From positions 4,292 through 68,291 of the forward strand of contig CALRTC020000013.1 in assembly GCA_943371025.1 (NCBI GenBank): 64,000 bases of DNA. The letters run 5' to 3'. Within the stretch, counting starts at the first letter, position 1, and every line of letters starts with the position of its first letter. Origin of the DNA: Hydrogenophaga intermedia (GTDB lineage Bacteria; Pseudomonadota; Alphaproteobacteria; Azospirillales; Azospirillaceae). Made by a program: the position numbers and the translations under genes. The notes beneath the pieces are model-generated. The model had not been told where the DNA came from. It did no database searches and saw only the letters and a list, made by a program, of their open reading frames with translations. This document shows positions 18,452 to 28,232 of the stretch, piece after piece.

Positions 18452-21400
18452 TTGACGCTCCGCTTCTGCCACCACGGCCGCGAGTTCGGACAACGCATCG
18501 ACGACCAGGGCGCGGATGGCCGGCAGACGTTCGGCCAGGGGCGGCGGTTGCGGCGCCTGCAGCGCCCGTTCGGCTGCCGTCAGTTCCCGTACCACCCCCA
18601 CCATGCCGACCGCACCGGTGGTGGATGCCAGCAGATGCAAGGCCGCCACACATTGCGCCGTCGATCCGGTGCGGTCGAATTCATCGGCCTGGGTCAGCGT
18701 CCCTTCGATCTGGGTCGGCAGGCGCTGGATCAGGTCGCGGACATGGGCCAGCGGCACTTTTTCCAGCCAGCCCCGGATGCGCGATGGGTCGATGGCGCCC
18801 GGTTGCCGCGGCGGCGGGACTGCGATCCGCTCCGGCGGGCGATCGACGGCAAGGCCGGAAAGGCGGCCAGCCTTGCGCACCAGTTCGTCGCAATCCAGCG
18901 GCTTTTCCATCAGATGCGTGATCCCGGCGGCGCGGATGCGCGCCTGTACCGGTTCAGCAATATTGCCGGTCACCATCAGGAACGGCACCCGCGCGCGCCC
19001 CGGATCGGTCTGCGCCCGTATCGCACGGAACAGGGCCAGCCCGTCGATGCCGGGCACGCCCAGGTCGGAAATGACCAGGTCGAAATCGCGCGCGGTCGCC
19101 AGCGCCAGACCGATCGTGCCCGTTGCCGCTGCGGTCACCTGGAACCCGCTGGATCCCAGATATTGCCCCAGTAGTTCGGCCAGCGGGCCTGAATCCTCCA
19201 CCAGCAGCACCCGGCCATGCGGCGGCGCTGTTGTGGTCGGCAGCTCGGGCCATGCCTCCAGGATCAAGGTCAGGCGACCGGCCACCGGCTGTTCGTCCAG
19301 GCTGGGGGGCTGGAGATGCAGATGCACGGGCGGCGGCCCGGCAGCACTGCCGTGGATATCCAATGTCAGCAGTCGGGTCGCCGCCGCCGCGATCTGTGCC
19401 GGCACCTGCGACAGCAGCAGTGACAGATCGGGAGGCGGGCCATCGGCGGCCAGCCGCATCTGATGCAGCAATTCCCCGTCCAGCCGCACCGACAGCACCA
19501 GCTCGCGCACGCCCCAAAGATCGAACAGGCCGTCGGCCGCATCCATCACGATCCCGTCCAGGGGACGCGAACAGCGCATGCGGTGGTGGTCGCGGGCGTG
19601 GCGATCGTCGTTCAGCAGCAGGTTCATCAGCGGCACGACGCTGTTGGCCGGTGGCAGCCGGTCGGCGGGTGGCGGTGGACAGTCCCCCTGCTCCGGCGCT
19701 TCCAGTGGCAGATAAAGCGTGAAGACGGTCCCGATGCCAGGTTCGGACGCCACCTCGATATCGCCACCTGCCTCTGTGATGGCGCCATAGACCAGGGCCA
19801 GGCCCAGGCCCGTGCCCTGCCCCACGGGCCGTGTGCTGAAAAACGGTTCGAAGATGCGCGCCCGAACCTCCGCCGTCATGCCGGTCCCGTTATCCGACAC
19901 GGTCAGCACCGCACAGGGCCGGTCCACACCGCCGGGCAGCGCGCGGCGGCCTTTGCCCAGGGTGACACGCAAGGTGCCGCCGTCGGGCATGGCATTGCGG
20001 GCATTGATGGCCAGGTTGACCAGCGATTGCGTGGCCAGATCGGGATTGAACCGGACCCAGACGGGGTCGGGCGGCACCAGGCATTCCAGCCCTACCGCCT
20101 CTCCCAGCACATGACCCAGCAGGCCGCGCTGGCTGTCGATGACGGTGGCCAGATCGATGATGGTGCTCTGTGTCGGTCGCTGACGGGCAAAGGTCAGCAG
20201 CTCCCGCGTGATGATTCCGGCGCGCTGGATGGTCAATTGCAGATTGACCAGTGCATTGCCCCCTTCCCCGCCGCCATTGCCGCCCGCGCGCGACGCGATA
20301 CGGGCATAGCCGGAAATGACCGACAGCATGTTGTTCAATTCATGCGCAATGCCGGCCGCCATCTGACCCAACGCTTCCATACGCTGGGCCTGCAGCAGAT
20401 TGTCCTGCAGACGCCGCTGCTCCGTCACGTCCTTCACCACCTGTACCAGCCCGCCATCTTCCATGCGGAACAGGTCACGCAGCAGGTGCCGGCCATCGGC
20501 CATGGACAGGGTTGACGTGGCCTTATCACCAACGGTGCCGGTCCGGTCTTCGCAGCTGACCAGCGCGCCGTCGGCCGTCAAATGTCCTTCGATCCATTCG
20601 GCATGTGTCCCGGTGGACAGCAGATTGTCCGGCAGGCGCAGCAACTGGCCGAACTGCGCATTGGCCCGGACCAGCAACCGGTCTGCGTCGAATATGGCAA
20701 TGCCCAGATCGACGGCCCGCATCATCTCCATCAGCAGACGGTTGCGGGTATCGATCTCCTGCTGGGCGCGGCGGGCGTCGGTGATGTCGCGCACGAAGGC
20801 CGTGAAGCCGTGCCCGTCCAGCAGCGGGATCTGGGTGATGGCCAGTTCGACCGGAAATATCTCGCCGCTGGCGCGCTGCGCCTCAATCTCGATGCGGCGC
20901 CCCAGCACACGCGGCGGCTGCCCCCCGGCCAGACGCCGCATGCCGGCATGGTGATTGGCGCGGTGGCGCGGCGGCACGATGACATCGCCCAACGGCTTGC
21001 CCCGCACATCCTCCAACCGGTGACCAAAGGTCCGCTCCGCTGCCGGGTTGAAGTCGACGATGCTGCCTTCCATGTCGATGGTGACGATGGCGTCCAGAGA
21101 GGCGACGACGACGGCGCGGTTGCGCTGTTCGCTCTCCCGCAGGCGGCGGGCAGCCTGATCACCCATGATGTCGGACACGTCGGTCAGCAGCGACAGGGTG
21201 CCGTCCGCCACCCGGCTATGGCTGACACGCATCCAGCGGCCGTCGGCCAGTTCCAGCGCCGGCCCCCGTGCCCCGTCGCCAAAGGCAGGCAGATGGCGGG
21301 AGAGGAAACGATCCGTTTCCACCTCTGTCGCGTCGGCGCCGTGACAGGCCATGCGCCCGGCCACGAACGCCCCGCGCAGCACCTGCTCGAAGCTTGATCC

Positions 21401-21568
21401 GTCACCTTCATCGCCCAGGCCGAACAGGTCGCGATAGGCCTGGTTGCAGAATCGCAGGCGCCCGGACCTGTCAAAGAACGCCGCCCCGTCCGATATTCCG
21501 GCCAGTGGTGCGAAATTGTCCGCGGAGAATTGACGGCCGCCGCTGAACCACCGGATCATCCACGTCAC
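18404..21568 (-). CDS. Hybrid sensor histidine kinase: multiple PAS, HisKA, HATPase, an unassigned ~170-aa insert, receiver, Hpt
   Basis: PAS-like modules ([21 protein letters not shown]; [22 protein letters not shown]). H-box [18 protein letters not shown]. ATPase boxes [26 protein letters not shown]. Receiver RVLLVEDSG...[13 protein letters not shown]...MVTG...KPL. C-terminal Hpt-like [13 protein letters not shown]. Start is GTG 21568 or ATG 21559. Confidence 0.88.
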   Translation of the reverse strand: MTWMIRWFSGGRQFSADNFAPLAGISDGAAFFDRSGRLRFCNQAYRDLFGLGDEGDGSSFEQVLRGAFVAGRMACHGADATEVETDRFLSRHLPAFGDGARGPALELADGRWMRVSHSRVADGTLSLLTDVSDIMGDQAARRLRESEQRNRAVVVASLDAIVTIDMEGSIVDFNPAAERTFGHRLEDVRGKPLGDVIVPPRHRANHHAGMRRLAGGQPPRVLGRRIEIEAQRASGEIFPVELAITQIPLLDGHGFTAFVRDITDARRAQQEIDTRNRLLMEMMRAVDLGIAIFDADRLLVRANAQFGQLLRLPDNLLSTGTHAEWIEGHLTADGALVSCEDRTGTVGDKATSTLSMADGRHLLRDLFRMEDGGLVQVVKDVTEQRRLQDNLLQAQRMEALGQMAAGIAHELNNMLSVISGYARIASRAGGNGGGEGGNALVNLQLTIQRAGIITRELLTFARQRPTQSTIIDLATVIDSQRGLLGHVLGEAVGLECLVPPDPVWVRFNPDLATQSLVNLAINARNAMPDGGTLRVTLGKGRRALPGGVDRPCAVLTVSDNGTGMTAEVRARIFEPFFSTRPVGQGTGLGLALVYGAITEAGGDIEVASEPGIGTVFTLYLPLEAPEQGDCPPPPADRLPPANSVVPLMNLLLNDDRHARDHHRMRCSRPLDGIVMDAADGLFDLWGVRELVLSVRLDGELLHQMRLAADGPPPDLSLLLSQVPAQIAAAATRLLTLDIHGSAAGPPPVHLHLQPPSLDEQPVAGRLTLILEAWPELPTTTAPPHGRVLLVEDSGPLAELLGQYLGSSGFQVTAAATGTIGLALATARDFDLVISDLGVPGIDGLALFRAIRAQTDPGRARVPFLMVTGNIAEPVQARIRAAGITHLMEKPLDCDELVRKAGRLSGLAVDRPPERIAVPPPRQPGAIDPSRIRGWLEKVPLAHVRDLIQRLPTQIEGTLTQADEFDRTGSTAQCVAALHLLASTTGAVGMVGVVRELTAAERALQAPQPPPLAERLPAIRALVVDALSELAAVVAEAERQSGLHQAPDAAQERVD

Positions 21569-21613
21569 CTGAACTGTAGGGCAGGCCCCGATCGCCGCCA
21601 GTCTATGTTAAAC

Positions 21614-21653
21614 GCTCAAAAGTGAAAAGATCGGCCGCACCGGGCCGATCTTT
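21614..21653 (-). terminator. Rho-independent terminator of the globin gene
   Basis: 11-bp stem aaagatcggcc / ggccgatcttt with a 6-nt loop. On the minus strand it is followed by ttttcacttttg. Confidence 0.7.
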
Positions 21654-21694
21654 CCATTTAGCATTTCTTGCTGTTATTTGCGCCCCGGTCGGGG

Positions 21695-22090
21695 TCAGCC
21701 CTTCATGACCGTGGCGACCAGCGTATAGGCCTCGGTCCAGGCCTGCTTGCATTCCGGCGTGAACTCCTCGCGCAGGCCCTGTTCCAGCGTCCACAGCAGT
21801 GCTGCGGCGACCGTGTCGTAATCCTGGTCCTTCACGCCATAGGCCCGATGCCGCTTGCCCATTTCATGCAGGGCGGGAACGATGGCACCGGGATTGGACA
21901 GGTTGTTCACGGCCACGGTCAGGGCGGCCATCAGCTTGCGGCCCTGCTCGCGGATGTCGCCCTTGAACAGGGGCTTCAGATCCGGGTCGATGGTGAAAAG
22001 CCGGTTGTAGAAAGCCTCGGCGACGGCATCAGCGCTGCCCTGCACCTTCTTGAAGCTTTCCTTGATCAGGGAGATCGTCTGTTCGTTCAT
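21695..22090 (-). CDS. Single-domain 3-on-3 globin (Vgb/Cgb-like haemoglobin)
   Basis: ORF 21695..22150. The tandem ATGs at 22093/22090 are preceded by GAGGA. ISLIKESFKKV...AEAFYNRLFTIDPDLKPLF...LHEMGKRHRAYGV (proximal His context)...YDTVAAALLWTL. Confidence 0.85.
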   Translation of the reverse strand: MNEQTISLIKESFKKVQGSADAVAEAFYNRLFTIDPDLKPLFKGDIREQGRKLMAALTVAVNNLSNPGAIVPALHEMGKRHRAYGVKDQDYDTVAAALLWTLEQGLREEFTPECKQAWTEAYTLVATVMKG

Positions 22091-22340
22091 CATATCCTCG
22101 TGGGGCGTTTTGTTTGCCGGGCCCGTCGCAGGTTCCGGTTGCATGTCCATTGCGAAGGTCGGCCTTGCTCCGCTCTTCAGGCGGTCGGGGCTTCCACTTC
22201 GTTTTCCTTTGTCCAGGCCGTGTTTCCGGCCTGCCCATTCTTCACCTGAAGAAATTCACATGGTCCTGTATGCTGCCGCCCATTGCGGGGCGCAGGCATG
22301 CCGGCATATTATTTGGCGCCATAACGTTCAGGCATCGCCG

Positions 22341-22360
22341 TTCTTGTGAATTCTTGTGAA
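22341..22360 (+). promoter_or_regulatory. Perfect tandem direct repeat TTCTTGTGAA x2; candidate response-regulator binding site
   Basis: ttcttgtgaattcttgtgaa lies 46 nt upstream of the OmpR-family regulator start at 22406. A 10-bp periodic direct repeat is the usual geometry of OmpR/PhoB-type sites. The function is inferred. Confidence 0.35.
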
Positions 22361-22405
22361 AAAGCTGTAAAAATTCCCATCCACCCGATTGGCGGCAGAG
22401 AATTG

Positions 22406-23110
22406 ATGAAGCCGGTGCTTTCCAAGCAGACGATCCTGATGGTGGAAGATGACGACACGGTCGCCGACCTTGCCGTCCCTTATTTCACCGAAATGGGTTT
22501 CAACATCGTCCGTGAGCGGACATTGGCGGCCGCGCGACAGCGCCTGGGCGGTGCGGTGGACATGGTGCTGCTGGATGTCATGCTGCCTGACGGCGACGGC
22601 CGCACCTTTATCGAGGAGATCCGCAAGCGCAGCCGGGCCGGCGTCATTCTGCTGACCCAGATGGGACAGCTGGTTGAAAAGGTTGTCGGTCTTGAACTTG
22701 GGGCTGATGATTATGTGGTGAAGCCTTTCGAACCGCGCGAGCTGCTGGCCAGGGTCAAGGCCCTGCTGCGCCGTCTGGCGCGGGCGGACGAACGGCCGGC
22801 CAGCGACGAGGTTCGGTTTGGCGGCTGGATTCTGTATCCAGCCGCGCGCAAACTGGTCAGCGATGCCGGGGAAGAGGCGCGGCTGACCCGCATGGAATTC
22901 GAATTGCTGGCAGCCCTGGTCTTGAACATGGGCAAGGCCATGACCCGCGACCAGCTGATGGATGCCATCGGCAAACATTGGGTGCCGCTTGACCGGACCG
23001 TCGATGTGCTGGTCGGCCGTGTCCGAAAGAAACTTGAAGGCCACGGCACGGCGTCCGGGATGATCGAAACGGTCTATGGTTCCGGATATCTGTGCCGCCG
23101 GGAAGAGTGA
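22406..23110 (+). CDS. OmpR-family response regulator
   Basis: ORF 22346..23110. The ATG at 22406 gives MKPVLSKQTILMVEDDDTV. LLDVMLPDGDG, LLTQ, KPF. Winged helix LTRMEFELLAALVLNMG...VYGSGYL. Confidence 0.88.
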   Translation: MKPVLSKQTILMVEDDDTVADLAVPYFTEMGFNIVRERTLAAARQRLGGAVDMVLLDVMLPDGDGRTFIEEIRKRSRAGVILLTQMGQLVEKVVGLELGADDYVVKPFEPRELLARVKALLRRLARADERPASDEVRFGGWILYPAARKLVSDAGEEARLTRMEFELLAALVLNMGKAMTRDQLMDAIGKHWVPLDRTVDVLVGRVRKKLEGHGTASGMIETVYGSGYLCRREE

Positions 23111-23457
23111 CGCTGCCCCGCCCGTCCTGCGGTTGCGCACCGGCCGAATCTTCGCCTGCCGCAGAATCGCCGATGGGTTACGCTGGCATGCTTGCCCGGC
23201 CTAGCTGTCCGCAGACCGCCGGGTCTGCCTGACTATCGCTTAAGGACAGGTCGGGCAAAAGGCCTGGGTATCCAAGTAAATCACTGATATCGGCTGATGT
23301 TTGCACGCAGGTCAACGCTGGCGCGGTCACCTGCCGGACGATGCCGCCTGCGTCCGGCGATTGTCCCTATCCTTTGCGATTCCAAGCCGTTATCGTGCAA
23401 CCCGTCAGGCGGGTGGGGCCATCCGGCAACAGGATGGCTGTCGAAAGGACAGAAGGC

Positions 23458-24975
23458 ATGAGTGATATCAGCATTGGTCTGGGCGGTGCCGCCGATCAGG
23501 GGCGTCTTGCGCTGGATTCCGGAAACCATGCCGACGCCGTCCGACTGTTGCGTGATGCCATCCTGGACGACCCGGGCGATGCCACGCTGCGCGCTGATCT
23601 GGGGGTCGCCCTGGAAACGCTGGAGGATTTCGAGGGGGCGGCGCAGGCCTATGCCGCTGCCGCCGCGCTGGAGCCCGACAACCCCATCTATCATTTCAAC
23701 CAGGGGGCGGTGGCGCAGGCACAGGGCCGGCCCCATGACGCGGCCAGCCATTATGTCGATGCGCTGGAACGCGAACCGATGTTTGCCGAGGCCTATTACA
23801 ATCTGGGCACCCTGTTCTTCGATGCCGGCCACCTGGAGATCGCGGCGGAGCATTACAGCAACGCCCTGAAGGCCCGTCCTGATTACGCCGAGGCCGCCAG
23901 CAACCTGGGCATGACCCTGCGGCGGCTTGGCCGCGTGGACGAGGCGGTCGAGCAGTTTCGCCTGGCCCTGCGTCTGCGGCCGGAACTGATCATCACCCAT
24001 TCCAACCTGGGCCTGACCCTTGCCGAGGCCGGCCGCTATGACGAGGCGATCGCCTGCTTTGGTCAGGCACTGGCCATGGATCCCAACAACGTTCCGCTGC
24101 ACATCAACATCTCCATTGCCTGGCGTGGCGTTGGACGGCTGGAAATGGCGGCGGATGCGGCCCTGACGGCACTGAAGCTGGCGCCCGACAGCAACGCCGC
24201 CCAGGCGGAGCTGAGCACGGTGGCCGCCAATCTGCGGCGCGCCGGCGACGAAGCCGGCCTGACACAGCTGCTGGACCAGTGGCGCGACATCACCGGGGCG
24301 ACACCGCAGCTGGAACATACGATGGCCGCGATGGGACAGGCCCCGATGCCGGACCGGGCGGGTGACGCCTATGTCGCCCTGACCTTCGACGCTTCGGCCA
24401 AGCGGTTTGACGAGATGATCGGAAACCTGGGCTATGCCGTGCCCGACGCTGTCGGAGAGTCCCTGGCCCGACATCTGGGAGAGGGCAAGGGCGACAAGGA
24501 TATTCTGGATGCCGGTTGCGGTACGGGCCTGCTGGCCCCGCATCTGGCGCCCTATGCGAAGTCGCTGGCCGGCGTCGACCTGTCCATTGTTATGTTGCAG
24601 CAGGCCTTGCGCCGTGGCCTCTATTCAGCCCTGGATCAGGCGGAGCTGGTTGCCTACCTGATCGCCCGGCCGCGCAGCTTTGACATTGTCGTTGCCGCGG
24701 ACGTGCTGTGCTATTTCGGCGGCCTGGATGCCTTGTTCAAGGCGGCGTTCAACAGCCTGCGTCCCGGCGGCCTGTGGATCGCGTCCACCGAATCCACCAA
24801 GGGGGGGGAGGCCTGCCTGTTGCATGAAGGCGGGCGTTATGCCCACGATCCCGACCATGTGCGCCAGCACCTGACCGCGGCGGGGTTCGAGGTGCTGGAA
24901 CTGACCTCAATGGTGATCCGGCATGAAGGCGGTAAGCCTGTTGAAGGCGTTCTGCTGGTTGCCCGCGCCCCCTGA
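23458..24975 (+). CDS. TPR-repeat protein fused to a class I SAM-dependent methyltransferase
   Basis: ORF 23341..24975. The ATG at 23458 follows GAAGG. Several 34-aa TPR units (AEAYYNLGTLFFDAGHLEIAAEHYSNALKARPDYAEA...). The C-terminal methyltransferase has motif I ILDAGCGTGLLAP. Confidence 0.8.
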   Translation: MSDISIGLGGAADQGRLALDSGNHADAVRLLRDAILDDPGDATLRADLGVALETLEDFEGAAQAYAAAAALEPDNPIYHFNQGAVAQAQGRPHDAASHYVDALEREPMFAEAYYNLGTLFFDAGHLEIAAEHYSNALKARPDYAEAASNLGMTLRRLGRVDEAVEQFRLALRLRPELIITHSNLGLTLAEAGRYDEAIACFGQALAMDPNNVPLHINISIAWRGVGRLEMAADAALTALKLAPDSNAAQAELSTVAANLRRAGDEAGLTQLLDQWRDITGATPQLEHTMAAMGQAPMPDRAGDAYVALTFDASAKRFDEMIGNLGYAVPDAVGESLARHLGEGKGDKDILDAGCGTGLLAPHLAPYAKSLAGVDLSIVMLQQALRRGLYSALDQAELVAYLIARPRSFDIVVAADVLCYFGGLDALFKAAFNSLRPGGLWIASTESTKGGEACLLHEGGRYAHDPDHVRQHLTAAGFEVLELTSMVIRHEGGKPVEGVLLVARAP

Positions 24976-25059
24976 TCTGGGCCACAATCATGACAATGGC
25001 GGCGCGCTTTGACAGATGCGCCGCCCAGCCCCGTGCCCGTAGCGATCTTGCGTGTGTTC

Positions 25060-26493
25060 ATGACCCAAACGTCATCCGCCATCATTCCGGTGCTGTTGTC
25101 CGGCGGTTCCGGTTCCCGCCTCTGGCCCGTCTCCCGGGAGCGGTTTCCAAAGCAGTTGCTGAACCTGTGCGGCGACCGCACCATGATCCAGGAAACAGCG
25201 CTGCGCGTCGGTGGCGATTTCGGCTTTGCCGACCCGATTGTCATCTGCAATCAGGAACACCGCTTCGCCATTGCCGAGCAGTTGCAGGAAATCGGCATCC
25301 GCCCCACCGAACTGGTGCTGGAGCCGTTCGGTCGCAACACGGCCCCGGCAGCGGCGGTTGCAGCCCGGCTGGCGGCGCGGCGCGACAGTCAGGCGCTGGT
25401 TCTGCTGCTGCCGGCCGACCATGCCATCCTGGCTCCCGACGCCTTCCGTGACGCCATCGCCAAGGGGGCCGTCGCGGCCCAGGCCGGCAAGCTGGTCACC
25501 TTCGGCATCCAGCCGACCAGTCCCGAAACCGGCTATGGCTACATCGAAAAGGGCGACGGCATTCCGGGCGCCGAAGGGGCCTTTGCCGTGGTGCAGTTCG
25601 CGGAAAAGCCGAAGCTGGAAGTGGCGCAGGCCTATCTGGCCGGCGGGCGTCATCTGTGGAACAGTGGCATGTTCCTGTTCCGCGCCGACCAGTTTGTGGC
25701 CGAGCTGGAAAAGCATGCGCCCGAAGCGCTGGCGGCCGCCGATGCCGCCATTGCCGCCGCCCGCGTGGACCTGGATTTCCTGCGCCTGGACCCGGACGCG
25801 TTCGCCAAGGCGCCCAACATCTCCATCGACTTCGCCGTCATGGAAAAGACGGACAGTGCAGCCATCGTGCCCTGTGACATCGGCTGGACCGATGTCGGAG
25901 CCTGGAGTGCCCTTTGGGAGATCGCGGGCAAGGACGAAGGCGGCAATGCCGTGCTGGGCGACACCATCCTGGTGGATGCGCGGGACAATCTGGTGCGAAG
26001 CGAGGTCGGGCTGACGGCGCTGGTGGGCGTCAAGGATCTGGTGGTCATCGTCACCGACGATGCCGTCCTGGTCGCTGATCGCAACCGCGTGCAGGATGTG
26101 AAATCCGTTGTCGACCGGTTGAAGGCAGAAGGACGGACGGAGCGTCTGGACCATCGCCGCACCTACCGGCCCTGGGGCTATTCCCATCTGGTCCATGCCG
26201 CACCCGGTTTCCAGGTTCTGCGCCTGACCATCCGGCCCGGCCACAAGATCTCCCTGCAAAAGCATCAGCACCGGGCCGAACATTGGGTCGTCGTACAGGG
26301 CGAAGCCAAGGTGACGCTGGGAGAGGAGAAACGCATCGTTCGCGTGAACGAGAGCGTGTTCATCCCCGCCGGCGTGCCGCACCGGCTGGAAAATGACGGC
26401 GATGTTGATCTGTGCCTGGTGGAGGTGCAGACCGGTGATGCCATCACGCCCGACGACATCGTCCGGATCGAGGATCATTACGGCCGGGCGTGA
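25060..26493 (+). CDS. manC: Bifunctional mannose-1-phosphate guanylyltransferase / mannose-6-phosphate isomerase (type II PMI-GMP)
   Basis: ATG at 25060: MTQTSSAIIPVLLSGGSGSRLWPVSRERFPKQLL. Central nucleotidyltransferase fold and a C-terminal cupin (YRPWGYS...KISLQKHQHRAEHWVVVQGEA...IPAGVPHRLEN). Confidence 0.9.
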   Translation: MTQTSSAIIPVLLSGGSGSRLWPVSRERFPKQLLNLCGDRTMIQETALRVGGDFGFADPIVICNQEHRFAIAEQLQEIGIRPTELVLEPFGRNTAPAAAVAARLAARRDSQALVLLLPADHAILAPDAFRDAIAKGAVAAQAGKLVTFGIQPTSPETGYGYIEKGDGIPGAEGAFAVVQFAEKPKLEVAQAYLAGGRHLWNSGMFLFRADQFVAELEKHAPEALAAADAAIAAARVDLDFLRLDPDAFAKAPNISIDFAVMEKTDSAAIVPCDIGWTDVGAWSALWEIAGKDEGGNAVLGDTILVDARDNLVRSEVGLTALVGVKDLVVIVTDDAVLVADRNRVQDVKSVVDRLKAEGRTERLDHRRTYRPWGYSHLVHAAPGFQVLRLTIRPGHKISLQKHQHRAEHWVVVQGEAKVTLGEEKRIVRVNESVFIPAGVPHRLENDGDVDLCLVEVQTGDAITPDDIVRIEDHYGRA

Positions 26494-26550
26494 TGGGTCC
26501 GGCCCGGTGTGTCTGCTCCCCGACAGAAATCCCGTCGGGGACTGACCGCA

Positions 26551-27828
26551 TCAGGCCGGTTCCAACTGCCGCTGGCGGACGCGGTTGCGGCCGGCGCGCT
26601 TGGCTTCCAGCATGGCCATATCGGCGGCATGGATCAGGGCCTCGCCGTCCTGAGGCCCTGCGGGACCGATGGCGGCGACGCCGATGCTGACGGTACAGGT
26701 GATCCGCCCGGCGCGCGTCATGATCTGAAGGCCGGCGATGGCGGCCCGCAACCGTTCTGCGGCCTGCATCGCTTCCTCTGCCGCGGTTCGCGGCAGAAGG
26801 ATGACGAATTCCTCTCCCCCGAAGCGACAGCAGGCATCGCCCGCCCGCATGCTGCCAGCGATGCAGTTGGCAATGGCGCGCAGCACCTCGTCCCCGGCAA
26901 GATGGCCCAGTGTGTCGTTCACCTGCTTGAACCGGTCCACATCGACCAGCAGCAGGGACATGTCCTGCCCACTGCGGCGCACCCGGATCATATCCTGTTT
27001 CAGGATGTCCCACATCGTGGCCCGGTTGAACAGGCCGGTCAGCGAATCATGGGTGGCCAGCCGGTAATATTCGGCTTCCTGCGACAGCCGGTCGCTGATG
27101 TCACGGATGGCTGCCAGCATCAGCCGCCCGTCCCCGTAATCCAGACGCGACAGCGACACTTCCACCGGGATTTCGTGATTGTCCGCATGCAGGGCGAAAA
27201 CCCCACGGCGCCATGCCATATGGGTGTCGGCGTCGCTGTTGTCGCGGAACATGGTGACCAGCTTCTCATGCCCGGCACGAAACCGCGCGGGCAGCAGCAT
27301 CGACAGCGTCTGGCCCACCATCTTTTCAGCGGCGTGCCCGAACAGGCGCTCCGCCGCGACGTTGAAAAAGCGGATCGTGCCGCCGACATCCACGCCGACC
27401 AGCGCATCAGGGGCATGTTCCGCCACGGTGTTGGGCGGGGCGTGCGCATCATGGCGCCGTTGCAGCCTTCTGATCTCCGCCGCCAGGTCCGGAGCGTGGA
27501 GCATGCCGGCCGGCAGGACATAATCCACGCCCAGCCGGCGCAGTGTGGCTTCATTCCCCGTGGAGCCGTCCCGCACCAGACTGAGCAGCAATGCCGCTCG
27601 TCCCGTGTTGGACAGCAGATTAAGCAGCCATTCAACACCCGCCAAGGCATCGGGGTCGACAATGATGGCGTCGAAATGCCGGCCGATCATTGCCGGGCTG
27701 GAAAGCGCCTCCGACAGGTCGTGGGGCGAAATTCGGACCAGCGTGAGATCGGGAGAGGCCAAGGCCTCTGGCGTGCCGATTGCCGGGCATCCTTCCGTTC
27801 CCGACGCGCTGATGAGCAGGATCTGCAT
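26551..27828 (-). CDS. Diguanylate cyclase: degenerate receiver-like domain + PAS + GGDEF
   Basis: N-terminal REC-like fold without the acidic pair or the conserved Lys (MQILLISASG...AIIVDPD...DYVLPAG). PAS (LVGVDVGGTIRFFNVAAERLFG). GGDEF domain with an intact GGEEF active site and RFKQVND. Confidence 0.85.
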   Translation of the reverse strand: MQILLISASGTEGCPAIGTPEALASPDLTLVRISPHDLSEALSSPAMIGRHFDAIIVDPDALAGVEWLLNLLSNTGRAALLLSLVRDGSTGNEATLRRLGVDYVLPAGMLHAPDLAAEIRRLQRRHDAHAPPNTVAEHAPDALVGVDVGGTIRFFNVAAERLFGHAAEKMVGQTLSMLLPARFRAGHEKLVTMFRDNSDADTHMAWRRGVFALHADNHEIPVEVSLSRLDYGDGRLMLAAIRDISDRLSQEAEYYRLATHDSLTGLFNRATMWDILKQDMIRVRRSGQDMSLLLVDVDRFKQVNDTLGHLAGDEVLRAIANCIAGSMRAGDACCRFGGEEFVILLPRTAAEEAMQAAERLRAAIAGLQIMTRAGRITCTVSIGVAAIGPAGPQDGEALIHAADMAMLEAKRAGRNRVRQRQLEPA

Positions 27829-28232
27829 ATAGGGGAATGTGTGAAATTGCGATTCGCGGGAACCCTATCTTGAACAACTCAAATTGACAATTATTATGAA
27901 TACGTCTGAATCGTATAATATCTTTGTTTGGAATTCTGATTTTATGATTTCAGGTTTTCTTTAACATTCGGATAGCAATGGAAATTCTACAGAAATAAAG
28001 GACAAATCCTGCATCGATTTTCTGGGAAGTGGATGAAACTTGGATTTGCAGTATTGGTACTATCGTCCCCATCGTTCACTCAGACAAATTTTCGTAGGGA
28101 TAGCTTGTTCTTCGCCGGCTCTGAACAGGAGGTGGATAGGGGTGAAGTCTGCTGCCGGCTGAACCGCTCGGATTTACTGTTGACCATATGCCGCACCGCG
28201 GTAACCATGCCCCCTTTATGATTGGAGCTGTC

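Noticed and set aside
28033-28221. 62-aa ORF with a hydrophobic N-terminus inside the AT-rich intergenic region.
   Set aside because: Its codon usage is unlike all neighbouring genes, there is no ribosome-binding site, and it overlaps the likely leader and start region of the binding-protein gene. It is most likely non-coding.
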